Virus record (IMG/VR): IMGVR_UViG_2579778919_000009
Coordinates: 1-11,511 of that record
From: a virus
Lineage: Duplodnaviria; Heunggongvirae; Uroviricota; Caudoviricetes
Reading direction: 5' to 3' (one strand)
Length of the DNA: 11,511 nucleotides
Both the position numbers and the translations under genes were made by a program. Positions 1 through 8,965 of this stretch are shown one piece after another. Within the stretch, counting starts at the first letter, position 1. Each line of letters begins with the position of its first letter. The notes under the pieces are model-generated. The model saw only the letters and a list, made by a program, of their open reading frames with translations, was not told the DNA's origin and made no database searches.

Positions 1-495
1 GTGTCTGATTCTATGAGTTACGCTGTGCTAGTTGCCGCAACTCTATTTATGGGGATAGGGTTGCAGATTGCGTGGTTCTTTTTTTCTAGTTTTATTAAAC
101 GCAAAAGAATTGAATCAAGGATATCTGAGATTTCTATTGCTATAGGGAAAAATGCTGAAAATCCAGAGAATGAGGCCTGCGCACTGAATTACCTTAAAGA
201 AAAGTTTTCCCCTGAAAAATTTGAAAATAGAATTACTGATGCTCTTGGATTGGTAATATCAGTAATTCATATGCCACTAAGTTTGCTGATAACAGTGTGG
301 TACTTCGCCATGATCGCCGGAAGAATATTTGGTTTCATGAATATAGAGCCTGTAGTTCTTTGGGTTCCAATGATACTGCAACTGTTGTTAAGCGTTGCTA
401 TCTTTATTTTTTCTGTTTTTATAAAAATTGTCTTTGGAAGATACCCCGGAGAAGCTAAGGGATTTAATAAAGAATTCATAAAAACTATAAAATAA
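1..495 (+). CDS. Small AT-rich integral membrane protein (about 3 predicted TM helices); 5' end at or beyond window edge; possible moron / superinfection-exclusion-type gene
   Basis: ORF open from base 1 (GTG; first ATG at 13) to TAA at 493-495. Hydrophobic stretches [76 protein letters not shown]. Visibly AT-rich compared with the rest of the window. Convergent with the 613-aa virion protein gene. No family recognised by eye. Confidence 0.5.
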   Translation: MSDSMSYAVLVAATLFMGIGLQIAWFFFSSFIKRKRIESRISEISIAIGKNAENPENEACALNYLKEKFSPEKFENRITDALGLVISVIHMPLSLLITVWYFAMIAGRIFGFMNIEPVVLWVPMILQLLLSVAIFIFSVFIKIVFGRYPGEAKGFNKEFIKTIK

Positions 496-517
496 ATGCC
501 GTCCTTGGCTTACAGTG

Positions 518-2359
518 CTACTGCCGGGTCGCTTCGTTAGCTAAGAGCGGGCGCACGGCAGTAGCAGCCTGATTTAGCGCTCTTTCATAAGCTGGCGTTC
601 CAGCTTTAGTGTTTGCCAGACGTAAGAGCGCATTCCTTGCTGCTTTGGACTCATACAAACGCATCATTGCACCAAAACCAGCCTCAAGCCCCATTGATAC
701 TCCAAGAGTCGCAGTTGCGCCAATCGTCCTTATCCTGTTGGCTTGTGATTGCCCCGTCTGAGTTACTACATTTGCGGTGTCTGACCTTGCTGTTTGCTGT
801 AGAACTTCATGAAGAGCATCGAGCTCTTTCATGTGCTTTCCAGAAAAAATAGTGTTGTAAATTTCACCGCCTGACTGAGATTTAAGCTTATTAACTTCAG
901 TGATGAACTTGGCTGGAGAGTCACCGGCCTTTTCCGCTATTTTGCTGACGTAAGCTGCACGCATAGCATCTTTCCCTTTATCATCCAATGCGCTCCAGAT
1001 TCGTTTCACGTCAGATGGTTTTCTGCTTAATACAACGGTATTTATAAGTTCAGGACTGGCTTCACTGCTTGCCTTGTTGAGCTTGTTAGCAATGTTTTTA
1101 TTAAGCACCTTATTATAAACGTTTGCATAATCTGAATTTGCTTTAAGGTATTTTGCTGCGTCTGATGCACCGAGGTTTTTAGCAACTGCGTTACGAAGGT
1201 CTTTTGACATTGCATTCTCTACCATATTGGTAGCTGCTTTTGCCTGGTTGGGGAAGACCATAGCATCTCCCTGAACATTAGATCTAAATGCTGTTCTGTG
1301 CTGACGCAAGAGATCAAACGTAACATCCAAATCAGTTGCAGGGTTTGCTAATTCTTCGCGTAGGTTACGCAAGGATGTAAGCAGGCTTTGATTGGCAGAC
1401 GTCCCAAGCCGTTCCTGTCTTGCGATCGCTGTATTCAGAGCATTCATAGTGTTTGTGGTATCAACTGCGGCATTCCCCATTTTATTGGTGACGTCATTGA
1501 TAACAGCGCCAGCGGCATCCTTCCGTCCCCTTAACGTGGTGGTCAGAGATTTCACCACATCATCCGGGTTGTACTCACCAAAACGGTCAAAATAATTACT
1601 TACCAACTTACTACGCGTTGCATATTGCTCCGCTCGCTTTGAGCCTGTCCCGAGCAAAGCCCCCTCGGCATCCTGAGTAAGGCCGCGAGTGAAAGCATTT
1701 TTCGGCGGGATAACATCAGATGTCATTGGTGTCACGCCCATCGATTCTGATGTGGCAATTTTCTTCGCCACTTCTGGCGCAATATCACCTTTTATAGCCG
1801 TTATTCCACGCCCTATTCCCTTTGCTGCTGCGGAAAGAACCCCCTGAGCGGCAAGGTTAACTCCGGCATTTTTAGCTGCATTTTGTGCGAAATCGCCTTT
1901 CTGATTTGCGGCCTCTGCCAGTGATCCAATAGCCATGCTTCCTGCCGTTCCAACTCCTGGAACTAAATACCCACCAATTGTTTCACCGGCTTGTGCGTAT
2001 GGGTCTGTCGGTCTGTCTACTGGACGATAAACATCATCCAAAACCTTGGGTCCACCAAGCCCCTGACTGATTGCATTAATCAGACTTGCGCCGCCCTGCA
2101 ATACGTCAAATGGTATGTTTACCAGACCACGACCAGCCTGCTCTGCAATTTGCCCTGCACTTTGACCACCTGTGAGCCAATCGCCAGCTTGTTGCATCAA
2201 TGATGGTTCTTCACGTGCTGGTTCATTATTGGCCTGATTAACTGTTTGTTGCTGAACAGCCTGACCAGCAAAATACTCATCAATGGCGGTGCCAATATCT
2301 TCCGTGCTCGTACCATCAGGGAAGGTAAATGTCTTACCGTTTGCAGTTACTTTCATCAT
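518..2359 (-). CDS. Phage internal virion / DNA-ejection (DNA transfer) protein, P22 gp16-like, 613 aa
   Basis: Long ORF rich in Ala/Gly/Gln/Asn with a Gly/Ala-rich segment ([23 protein letters not shown]...). Size and position (after a gp20-like segment, before a small membrane protein gene) match the P22 gene 20 - gene 16 arrangement. Start ATG overlaps the upstream stop (ATGA), suggesting translational coupling. Family assignment is from memory, not a search. Confidence 0.6.
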   Translation of the reverse strand: MMKVTANGKTFTFPDGTSTEDIGTAIDEYFAGQAVQQQTVNQANNEPAREEPSLMQQAGDWLTGGQSAGQIAEQAGRGLVNIPFDVLQGGASLINAISQGLGGPKVLDDVYRPVDRPTDPYAQAGETIGGYLVPGVGTAGSMAIGSLAEAANQKGDFAQNAAKNAGVNLAAQGVLSAAAKGIGRGITAIKGDIAPEVAKKIATSESMGVTPMTSDVIPPKNAFTRGLTQDAEGALLGTGSKRAEQYATRSKLVSNYFDRFGEYNPDDVVKSLTTTLRGRKDAAGAVINDVTNKMGNAAVDTTNTMNALNTAIARQERLGTSANQSLLTSLRNLREELANPATDLDVTFDLLRQHRTAFRSNVQGDAMVFPNQAKAATNMVENAMSKDLRNAVAKNLGASDAAKYLKANSDYANVYNKVLNKNIANKLNKASSEASPELINTVVLSRKPSDVKRIWSALDDKGKDAMRAAYVSKIAEKAGDSPAKFITEVNKLKSQSGGEIYNTIFSGKHMKELDALHEVLQQTARSDTANVVTQTGQSQANRIRTIGATATLGVSMGLEAGFGAMMRLYESKAARNALLRLANTKAGTPAYERALNQAATAVRPLLANEATRQ

Positions 2360-3933
2360 TCCACCGTAAATTGAATGCCTGATTTTGAGGTATATGATCC
2401 GGATTGACTCTGCTGCTGTTGGGTATTTGTCGGTTGTTGGCTATTGCTCTGTTGTTGACTATTTGCAACACTTGAAACCACCAAAGCATCATAAACGCGA
2501 CCAGACTGACCACGTAATGAGTTATATTGGCCCTGCATTTTTCGCATTTTTGTTTCAGTAGCAGCCTTGGAATCACCAGGCTGAGGCAGGTACATTTTGG
2601 AATACTCCTGCATCTCTGGCAGAGTAATTGCTGCACCTGTTTCTGGGCGCAAAATTGCATACAAGGCGTCTCTCGCATTTACCATATATTGCTGCTCCGC
2701 TGGTGATAGGCTTAAATTTGCAATAGTCCCATCACCAAGAGAGCGATTTATTAATGCAACTCGCTTAGGGTCAATGCTTTTACTAAGCTGATTCATTGAG
2801 TCCATTGAATCTTTTAATCGCAAAGCAAATCCTGCCGCCTTCTTGGAACCCTCATTAGCCTTATCTATGATGCTTTGCGCTTGTGGCAAACTAATTGGTT
2901 TAATGCCATCACCAGATATAGGTTGGTTTAGTTTTCCGGCTTCCTCGCTGCCATCGGTGTAATACTTAGTTACCGAGCCATCAGGATTGGTTTCAACCTT
3001 AAGTAATTTCTTAGCATTGGGATTAATTCCCGCCGCTGCCGCAAATGCCGCTGCACCATCTGGATCCGCCTTTAACATTTGCGCGTACTGATTGTAATTC
3101 TGCATTGCGGCTGTTGGTGCATATGCTGACGTTAACGCATTTGCTCGGCTAATATCCTGCCCTCTCGCCTGAAGTGCTTCGCTGGCCTGATTGCTGCGGA
3201 TTGTCTCTGCCAGTCTGCCTCGGTCAATCTCACGACCAGCTATCTTGTCCTGAACAGCAAACGCCTTTTCTGGCCCAAGTGCACCGAGAGACATAGTAGT
3301 CAGCATGTGTGATAGCTGCTCTGGATTCTGGATACCTGTCTGAATCATCCAGTCAGCATTAGCCCCCACACGATTTAACCTGTCCTTGTTGTCAGTAATG
3401 AATTTACTGTAGGCTTCCGGTCCCTGAGAAAGAGCGACGTTAGCCCTCATGGCTAAATCGCCCATATCGTTGCGTTGCTGCTCATTAAGACCGGAAAACG
3501 CCTGTTGTGCCTGTGCAACAAACGCTGGATTTCCAGATCTGATACTGAGAACGTTTCGTCCAGCAACTGGAGAGAGTTCGACGGTGGCATCATTGCCCAT
3601 GCCGGAGGCGCTGGAGGTTTCGGCTGAGGATGGCACAGGGCATTTTCCTTTGACGAGCACCCTGCCACCATTATCAAGCTTGCGCCGAAGAGCATCATTT
3701 TCAGCTTTCGCATCAGCTAACTCCTTCGTGTATTTAGCATCGAGTGCATCAGCATCACGCTGGCGCTGCTGCATGTCAGTAATGGTGGCAGTCGCCTGCT
3801 TCAGCTCACTGACTTTTTTATCACGCTGCTCTTTGTAGGCGATGGCATTATCACGGTAATGATTGACCGCCCATGACAGGCAGACGATGATGCAGATAAC
3901 CAGAGCGGAGATAATCGCGGTGACTTTGCTCAT
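2356..3933 (-). CDS. Chimeric ORF: Rz-type i-spanin N-terminus (about 120 aa) fused in frame to about 400 aa of ejection-protein-like sequence (P22 gp20-like)
   Basis: N-terminus [30 protein letters not shown]...[19 protein letters not shown] closely matches lambda Rz as I recall it (TM anchor plus coiled coil). Rz is about 150 aa, but this ORF runs on for 525 aa with Ala/Gln/Asn/Ser-rich sequence and no Rz-like C-terminus. Rz start overlaps the R stop (ATGA). Confidence 0.6.
   Translation of the reverse strand: MSKVTAIISALVICIIVCLSWAVNHYRDNAIAYKEQRDKKVSELKQATATITDMQQRQRDADALDAKYTKELADAKAENDALRRKLDNGGRVLVKGKCPVPSSAETSSASGMGNDATVELSPVAGRNVLSIRSGNPAFVAQAQQAFSGLNEQQRNDMGDLAMRANVALSQGPEAYSKFITDNKDRLNRVGANADWMIQTGIQNPEQLSHMLTTMSLGALGPEKAFAVQDKIAGREIDRGRLAETIRSNQASEALQARGQDISRANALTSAYAPTAAMQNYNQYAQMLKADPDGAAAFAAAAGINPNAKKLLKVETNPDGSVTKYYTDGSEEAGKLNQPISGDGIKPISLPQAQSIIDKANEGSKKAAGFALRLKDSMDSMNQLSKSIDPKRVALINRSLGDGTIANLSLSPAEQQYMVNARDALYAILRPETGAAITLPEMQEYSKMYLPQPGDSKAATETKMRKMQGQYNSLRGQSGRVYDALVVSSVANSQQQSNSQQPTNTQQQQSQSGSYTSKSGIQFTVE
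3453..3713 (-). CDS. Rz1-type o-spanin lipoprotein embedded in the +1 frame of Rz; C-terminus extended/altered by the same junction
   Basis: [22 protein letters not shown]... has a lipobox-like signal (VAGC) followed by a proline-rich [16 protein letters not shown] segment, as in lambda Rz1. It is 86 aa against about 60 for lambda Rz1; the tail after about residue 55 is unrelated. Confidence 0.55.
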   Translation of the reverse strand: MRKLKMMLFGASLIMVAGCSSKENALCHPQPKPPAPPAWAMMPPSNSLQLLDETFSVSDLEIQRLLHRHNRRFPVLMSSNATIWAI

Positions 3934-4268
3934 ACCTCAACCTCTCTGACCGTTCCGCCTGCTTCTTTGAATTTTGCAATCAGGCTGTCAGCCTTATGCT
4001 CGAACTGACCATAACCAGCGCCCGGCAGTGAAGCCCAGATATTACTGCAACGGTCGATAGCCTGACGGATATCACCGCGATCAATCATCGGTAAAGCGCC
4101 ACGCTCTTTAATCTGCTGCAGTGCCACAGCGTCCTGGCTTTTCGGAGAGAAGTCTTTCAGTCCAAGCTGCTTACGGTAGGCATCCCACCAACGGGAAAGA
4201 AGCTGGTAACGTCCGGCGGCTGTTGATTTGAGTTTACAGGCATAACCCTGTACAACATCAGGAGGCAT
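3930..4268 (-). pseudogene. R: Endolysin R (lambda-type lytic transglycosylase) C-terminal fragment; N-terminal about 55 residues including the catalytic region missing
   Basis: KLKSTAAGRYQLLSRWWDAYRKQLGLKDFSPKSQDAVALQQIKERGALPMIDRGDIRQAIDRCSNIWASLPGAGYGQFEHKADSLIAKFKEAGGTVRE is near-identical to the C-terminal about 100 aa of lambda R from memory. The first 11 codons (MPPDVVQGYAC) are unrelated and are encoded by the sequence that forms the upstream/RBS region of the opposite-strand replication gene. Confidence 0.85.
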
Positions 4269-4273
4269 CCAGT

Positions 4274-5101
4274 ATGGGGTATGTCTCTATACACCGCCAG
4301 TTTATGGACAGCAGGCTCTATAAGGACTCTCAGGCAGTACATCTTTGGCTTCACTTAATCCTCAAGGCTAATCACGAATCTACTGTCGTCAATACGGATA
4401 TCGGTCCGATAACTGTTGATCGCGGTCAGATGATAACTGGACGCCCGTCGCTGGTCAGAGAAACATTCATCCCCGACAACAAAGTTCGGAGCTTATTACG
4501 GACTTTTGAGTCGAAAGGTATGCTTAATATTTGCTCGATGGGGAAGAAATTTAGCCTGTTTACAATCGTTAAATATGACGATTTTCAGGCAAAAAATTGT
4601 CCAACGGTTGTCCAACAGTTGTCCAACGCAAACACCAGTAATGGTGCGGCTCTCAGCGGAGATTGTCCAACGGTTGTCCAACGGTTGTCCATAAACAATA
4701 ATATAAATAATATCTCTAATACTGACGTATTAGAGAGTGCTACAGCAGACAAAAAGTCTGACAAGAAAAAACCTTCCGTCAGCTGTCAGGATGTTGTCGA
4801 TGCTTACCACGAAATCCTTCCTGAAGCGCCAAGAATCCGCGCACTGAATGACAAGCGTAAAAACCAGATCCGAACGTTCTGGCGCAAAGCCGGAGTGATA
4901 ACCCGCCAGCTTGACGGGCATGGGTTCACGATGCAGGACTGGAGAAATTATTTGAGCTACGTAGGCGAAAATTGCCGATGGATGTTCGAAGAGCGTCCAA
5001 ACCATCAACGCGGAACTGTCTGGCACAAAAAGGGATTTGATTTCCTGCTTAACGATAATACCTACCTGAAAGTTCGTGAGGGTGAACACGATGACCGATA
5101 A
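4274..5101 (+). CDS. Replication initiator protein (lambda O / P22 gp18 functional class) with origin iterons inside its coding sequence
   Basis: Good RBS (GGAGG about 8 nt upstream of ATG 4274). Origin-type iterons and an AT-rich region sit mid-gene, as in lambda O. The stop overlaps the start of the downstream helicase gene. Confidence 0.7.
   Translation: MGYVSIHRQFMDSRLYKDSQAVHLWLHLILKANHESTVVNTDIGPITVDRGQMITGRPSLVRETFIPDNKVRSLLRTFESKGMLNICSMGKKFSLFTIVKYDDFQAKNCPTVVQQLSNANTSNGAALSGDCPTVVQRLSINNNINNISNTDVLESATADKKSDKKKPSVSCQDVVDAYHEILPEAPRIRALNDKRKNQIRTFWRKAGVITRQLDGHGFTMQDWRNYLSYVGENCRWMFEERPNHQRGTVWHKKGFDFLLNDNTYLKVREGEHDDR
4597..4695. repeat. Origin iterons: two clusters of three tandem 11-bp repeats (TTGTCCAACGG / TTGTCCAACAG / TTGTCCAACGC, then TTGTCCAACGG x2 and a degenerate TTGTCCATAAA)
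   Basis: Direct tandem repeats read at about 4597-4629 and 4663-4695, separated by about 33 bp. They encode the repetitive linker CPTVVQQLSN...CPTVVQRLS of the initiator. Confidence 0.75.
4696..4740. other. AT-rich putative DNA-unwinding region with short palindrome CTCTAATA-N6-TATTAGAG next to the iterons
   Basis: Sequence ATAAACAATAATATAAATAATATCTCTAATACTGACGTATTAGAGAG lies immediately downstream of the iterons, the typical lambdoid ori layout. Confidence 0.5.
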
Positions 5102-6146
5102 TTTTTATGCGCCGCCCCATAGCATCGAGGCAGAGCAGGCGGTGATTGGTGGATTGCTTCTGGATGATGACAGCAGTGAGCGCGTCCAGAAGGTTCTGGC
5201 GATGCTGAAGCCTGATTCATTTTACAGCCGGCCACACAAAATCCTTTTCGAAGAAATAACCAGAATGCACCGGGAGCAAAAGCCAGTAGATGGCCTGACG
5301 CTTTTCGATGAACTGGAGCGTAAATCGTTAACTGTGTCTGTTGGCGGTTTTGCTTATATCGCTGAGATCGCAAAGAACACGCCAAGCGCAGCAAACATCG
5401 TTGCCTATGCAATGCAGGTTCGTGAAACCGCAATGGAACGCTACGCCATCAACCGTATGACTGAAGCGACGGAATTGCTCTATTCCCGCAACGGAATGAC
5501 TGCAACGCAGAAGTACGAAGCTATTCAGTCGATTTTCACGCAACTGACAGACCATGCAAAAACCGGATCGCGTCGCGGCCTTCGTTCATTTGGTGAGGTC
5601 ATGGAAGACTGGGTTAGCGACCTTGAGAAGCGATTTGACCCGTCAGGCGAACAACGAGGAATGAGCACAGGGATCCCATCGCTGGACAGGATGCTGTCAC
5701 CGAAAGGTCTGGTGAAAGGCTCTCTGTTTGTCATTGGCGCTCGCCCTAAGATGGGGAAAACGACGCTATACAGCCAGATGGCAATCAACTGCGCAGTGCA
5801 TGAGAAAAAGCCCGCTCTGATGTTCAGCCTTGAAATGCCAGGTGACCAGATACTGGAAAAACTGGTAGGGCAGAAGTCTGGTGTTAACCCGAATATTTTT
5901 TACCTTCCGGCGACAAATGACGCTGATGACGGCTATCAGGGTGATTACGATGGTGACTTCAACAGGGCGATCGAAACAGCCAATCGCTTGAGTGAAATCG
6001 ACCTGCTTTACATCGACGACACGCCGGGATTATCTCTGGCTCAAATCGTCAGCGAAAGTCGTCGAATCAAGCGAGAAAAAGGATGTGTTGGCATGATTCT
6101 GGTCGATTACAGGGAGAAGGCGCATGAGACTCGAAAGCGTAGCTAA
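5091..6146 (+). pseudogene. DnaB-family replicative helicase (P22 gp12 class), C-terminal about 110-120 aa missing
   Basis: N-terminal DnaB signature NFYAPPHSIEAEQAVIGGLLLD, Walker A GARPKMGKTT, Walker B-like MILVDY. The ORF stops about 10 codons after Walker B, with an unrelated tail (REKAHETRKRS) that overlaps the Q start region. Likely true start is ATG 5091 (the ORF track starts at 5076). Confidence 0.7.
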
Positions 6147-6603
6147 ATTTCATTCGCCAAAAAGCCCGATGATTAGCGACTCACCACGGGCTACAGCTTC
6201 TGACTCTCTTTCCGGTACTGATGTGATGGCTGCTATGGGGATGGCACAATCACAGGCCGGATTCGGGATGGCTGCATTTTGCGGTAAGCACGAACTCAGC
6301 CAGAACGACAAACAAAAGGCTATCAACTATCTGATGCAATTTGCACACAAGGTATCGGGGAAATACCGTGGTGTGGCAAAGCTCGAAGGAAATACTAAGG
6401 CAAAGGTACTGCAAGTGCTCGCAATATTCGCTTATGAGGATTATTGCCGTAGTGCCGCGACGCCGGGTGCAAGATGCAGAGATTGCCACGGTACAGGCCG
6501 TGCGGTTGATATAGCCAAAACGGAGCAGTGGGGGAGAGTTGTTGAGAAAGAGTGCGGAAGATGCAAAGGTGTCGGCTATTCAAGAATGCCAGCAATCAGC
6601 TAA
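6124..6603 (+). pseudogene. Q: Late-gene antiterminator Q (lambda Q type), C-terminal about 50 aa missing/replaced
   Basis: MRLESVAKFHSPKSPM...CRDCHGTGRAVDIAKTEQWGRVVEKECGRCKGVGYSRMP matches lambda Q from memory, including the CxxC...CxxC zinc motif. It ends after about 159 aa (lambda Q is about 207). No PR'/qut or holin follows. Confidence 0.75.
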
Positions 6604-6605
6604 CT

Positions 6606-6766
6606 TAACGACGCCCATGTTTCACTCCTACTTTGGCTAGTCTGTAAACACCAACAAGGCGCTCTGCGAACGCCCTGTTATTTGCTGCGGCTACCACTAA
6701 TCCCTCAGGTGAATCAGGGTGTCGAATCTCTTCTTTTTCCTGGTATTTCTTACGACGTTTTGTCAT
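6606..6766 (-). CDS. Small basic ORF (53 aa, MTKRRKKYQEKEE...) occupying the position of the 5' end of the replication gene downstream of cII/oop
   Basis: SD-like GGAGT about 4 nt upstream of the ATG. The start codon overlaps the -10 of the oop-type promoter on the other strand, which is where the O start sits in lambda. It ends at the junction with the inverted Q fragment. No recognisable family. Confidence 0.3.
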
Positions 6767-6769
6767 AAT
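6741..6769 (+). promoter_or_regulatory. Po-like promoter for oop RNA (TTACGA - 17 nt - CATAAT)
   Basis: Sigma70-like hexamers with 17-nt spacing, placed just upstream of the oop-homologous sequence. Confidence 0.5.
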
Positions 6770-6776
6770 TACTCCT

Positions 6777-6853
6777 GTAGATTGATCCAGTAATGACCTC
6801 AGAATTGCATATCAATTTGCTTAAAATCCTCGGTGGCGGCCGGGGATTTTTTC
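6777..6853 (+). ncRNA. oop: oop-like antisense RNA overlapping the 3' end of cII, ending in an intrinsic terminator
   Basis: GTAGATTGATCCAGTAATGACCTCAGAATTGCAT...CCTCGGTGGCGGCCGGGGATTTTTTC closely resembles lambda oop RNA as I recall it (the block GATCCAGTAATGACCTCAGAA appears identical). Terminal hairpin CCUCGG/CCGGGG plus U-tract. Antisense to the last about 18 codons of cII. Confidence 0.7.
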
Positions 6854-7095
6854 TTTGTGATTCCATCCAATGCATACTTAAAAGCCCTGCTAATCGGACT
6901 GATGTCTGATGCCATTCCGAAAGCACACAAGACCGAAGCAATAAACCTCCAGTCCGTTCTGCTTATCTTCGATTCATGACAGCCAATCATCTTTGCCAGA
7001 CCGCGCTGGGTAAGCGTTGACAGGTTGATGAGTAAATCAGTTTCAGCGCGATCAATTTCTCGCTGTGTTGGCTTGCTATAACTTGCTTGTGTCAT
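6799..7095 (-). CDS. cII: CII-family transcriptional activator
   Basis: HTH region (LAKMIGCHESKISRTDWRFI) and C-terminus (KKKSPAATEDFKQIDMQF) resemble lambda CII (KSQISRWKRDWI, NKKRPAATERSEQIQMEF). Sits downstream of cro and nutR, as in lambdoid phages. Confidence 0.8.
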   Translation of the reverse strand: MTQASYSKPTQREIDRAETDLLINLSTLTQRGLAKMIGCHESKISRTDWRFIASVLCAFGMASDISPISRAFKYALDGITKKKSPAATEDFKQIDMQF

Positions 7096-7106
7096 TTGTT
7101 AATTTT
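7073..7106 (+). promoter_or_regulatory. PRE-like CII-dependent promoter (TTGC-N6-TTGC around the -35 region, -10-like TAATTT), reading antisense through cro toward cI
   Basis: TTGCTATAACTTGC direct-repeat tetramers with 6-nt spacing lie inside the 5' end of cII on the opposite strand, the same layout as lambda PRE. Confidence 0.45.
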
Positions 7107-7179
7107 CCAATAGTGAATAGTTAGTTGAAAGGTATGCGTGGAAACGCATATGGCCTTAGTTGGTCAGATATCTTGGGGC

Positions 7180-7225
7180 TCGCTTTGTCAGCGACGTAGG
7201 ACGAATGTCCATTGTGAAAAGAGCG
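7180..7225 (-). promoter_or_regulatory. nutR: boxA (CGCTCTTTT) followed by a boxB hairpin of the P22 type (loop GACAAA)
   Basis: On the - strand, just downstream of the cro stop: CGCTCTTTTCACAATGGACATTCGTCCTACGTCGCTGACAAAGCGAGC. The boxB stem-loop matches the P22-type GCGCUGACAAAGCGC rather than lambda GCCCUGAAAAAGGGC. A 7-bp stem hairpin at about 7133-7150 may be part of tR1. Confidence 0.55.
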
Positions 7226-7232
7226 GTGTTAC

Positions 7233-7433
7233 TTATGCAGTTGTTTTTTTGTTACTTGGGAAGGGCTTTATTTCTTCCGCATAAACGCTTCCATCAGCGT
7301 TTATAGTTAAAAAAATCTTTCGGCCTGCATGAATGGCCTTGTTAATCGCGCTTTGATATACGCCGAGATCTTTAGCCGTCTTGGTTTGCCCAAAGCGTAT
7401 TGCATAATCTTTCAGGGTTATGCGTTGTTCCAT
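7233..7433 (-). CDS. cro: Cro repressor
   Basis: 66-aa product [66 protein letters not shown] is essentially lambda Cro (one or two substitutions, from memory). Confidence 0.95.
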   Translation of the reverse strand: MEQRITLKDYAIRFGQTKTAKDLGVYQSAINKAIHAGRKIFLTINADGSVYAEEIKPFPSNKKTTA

Positions 7434-8247
<814 letters not shown>

Positions 8248-8278
8248 TTGTTTTATTTTTCACGTAATAGGATGATTT

Positions 8279-8620
8279 ATGACACAATTTCAACTTGCAT
8301 TAATCGCTAGAGAAGTTGATGGAGAAGTCATCCATCTTCGCACCAAAGACGGATACATCAATGCCACCGCGATGTGCAAGTCTGCGGGGAAGCTACTTGC
8401 TGACTATACACGACTAAAAACAACACAAGATTTTTTTGATGAATTATCACGCGATATGGGGATTCCCATATCGGAGTTAATTCAATCATTTAAAGGCGGA
8501 AGAGCAGAGAATCAAGGGACTTGGGTTCATCCAGACATCGCAATTAATTTAGCTCAGTGGCTATCTCCAAAATTTGCAGTGCAAGTATCGAGATGGGTGC
8601 GTGAGTGGATGTCAGGTTAA
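8279..8620 (+). CDS. KilA-N domain protein (113 aa) in the rexA/rexB position, co-transcribed with cI
   Basis: YINATAMCKSAGK...ENQGTWVHPDIAINLAQWLSPKFAVQVSRWV fits the KilA-N domain pattern as I recall it. SD AGGATGA upstream of the ATG; only about 31 nt separate it from the cI stop, with no terminator between. Confidence 0.65.
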   Translation: MTQFQLALIAREVDGEVIHLRTKDGYINATAMCKSAGKLLADYTRLKTTQDFFDELSRDMGIPISELIQSFKGGRAENQGTWVHPDIAINLAQWLSPKFAVQVSRWVREWMSG

Positions 8621-8659
8621 AGAGCGCCTGCCGAACTCCCTATCCACCTTAAGCGGTAT

Positions 8660-8965
8660 ATGACAAACCGAGGCAGAGTTCCTCATACGCACTTTTCTAT
8701 GCTTAATGAACTGACGTTTAACTTGGTTGCGCCACTTGAACAGGCCGGATATACGCTGCCAGAAAAAATGGTCCCTGATATTTCAGAGGGTAGGGTTTTC
8801 TCGCAATGGCTCCGTGACAACCGGGGGGTTGAGCCGAAGACATTCCCAACATATAACCATGAGTACCCAGATGGCCGGACATTCCCGGTACGTCTATACC
8901 CAAACGAATATTGCAGATTTCAAACAATACTTCAACGAAGTGTGGCTGCCTCAGTACGCTCCTAA
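8660..8965 (+). CDS. Hypothetical protein, in the same frame as the KilA-N ORF and separated from it by a single TAA; probable frameshift near 8890-8910, after which the alternative frame continues to 9038
   Basis: 8279 and 8660 are in the same frame, with 13 sense codons and one TAA (8618-8620) between them. Weak RBS before 8660. The overlapping ORF 8727..9038 has a protein-like C-terminus (NIADFKQYFNEVWLPQYAPKYFAERDQRALTLIEKIML). Confidence 0.45.
   Translation: MTNRGRVPHTHFSMLNELTFNLVAPLEQAGYTLPEKMVPDISEGRVFSQWLRDNRGVEPKTFPTYNHEYPDGRTFPVRLYPNEYCRFQTILQRSVAASVRS

Noticed and set aside
517-565. 10-bp inverted repeat (GCTACTGCCG ... CGGCAGTAGC) between the convergent genes, as a possible bidirectional terminator
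   Set aside because: The 29-nt loop is long, there is no U-tract, and it lies inside the 3' end of the 613-aa CDS; likely coincidental.
2334-3838. ORFs 2334..2678 (-), 2597..2791 (+), 3449..3838 (+) overlapping the large - strand genes
   Set aside because: Alternative-frame or antisense ORFs inside well-supported long ORFs; only the 3453..3713 frame is kept, because it has Rz1 lipoprotein features.
4496-4694. Overlapping 61-62 aa ORFs on both strands (4496..4681 -, 4506..4694 +)
   Set aside because: They are generated by the tandem ori iterons inside the replication initiator gene; repetitive translation, no independent start signals.
4597-4695. Possible CRISPR array
   Set aside because: The repeats are only 11 bp, directly tandem with no unique spacers, and lie inside a CDS; this is an iteron-type origin, not CRISPR.
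5062-6595. Antisense ORFs within the helicase and Q genes (5062..5433, 5328..5555, 5525..5788, 6250..6489, 6395..6595, all -)
   Set aside because: Each lies opposite a CDS with clear family motifs and has no start signals; spurious.
4247-6766. Idea that the 53-aa ORF (6606..6766 -) and the initiator ORF (4274.. +) are two halves of one gene split by the inversion
   Set aside because: The initiator frame has a stop at about 4244-4246 just upstream of its own GGAGG/ATG and appears complete, so the small ORF must derive from a different gene.
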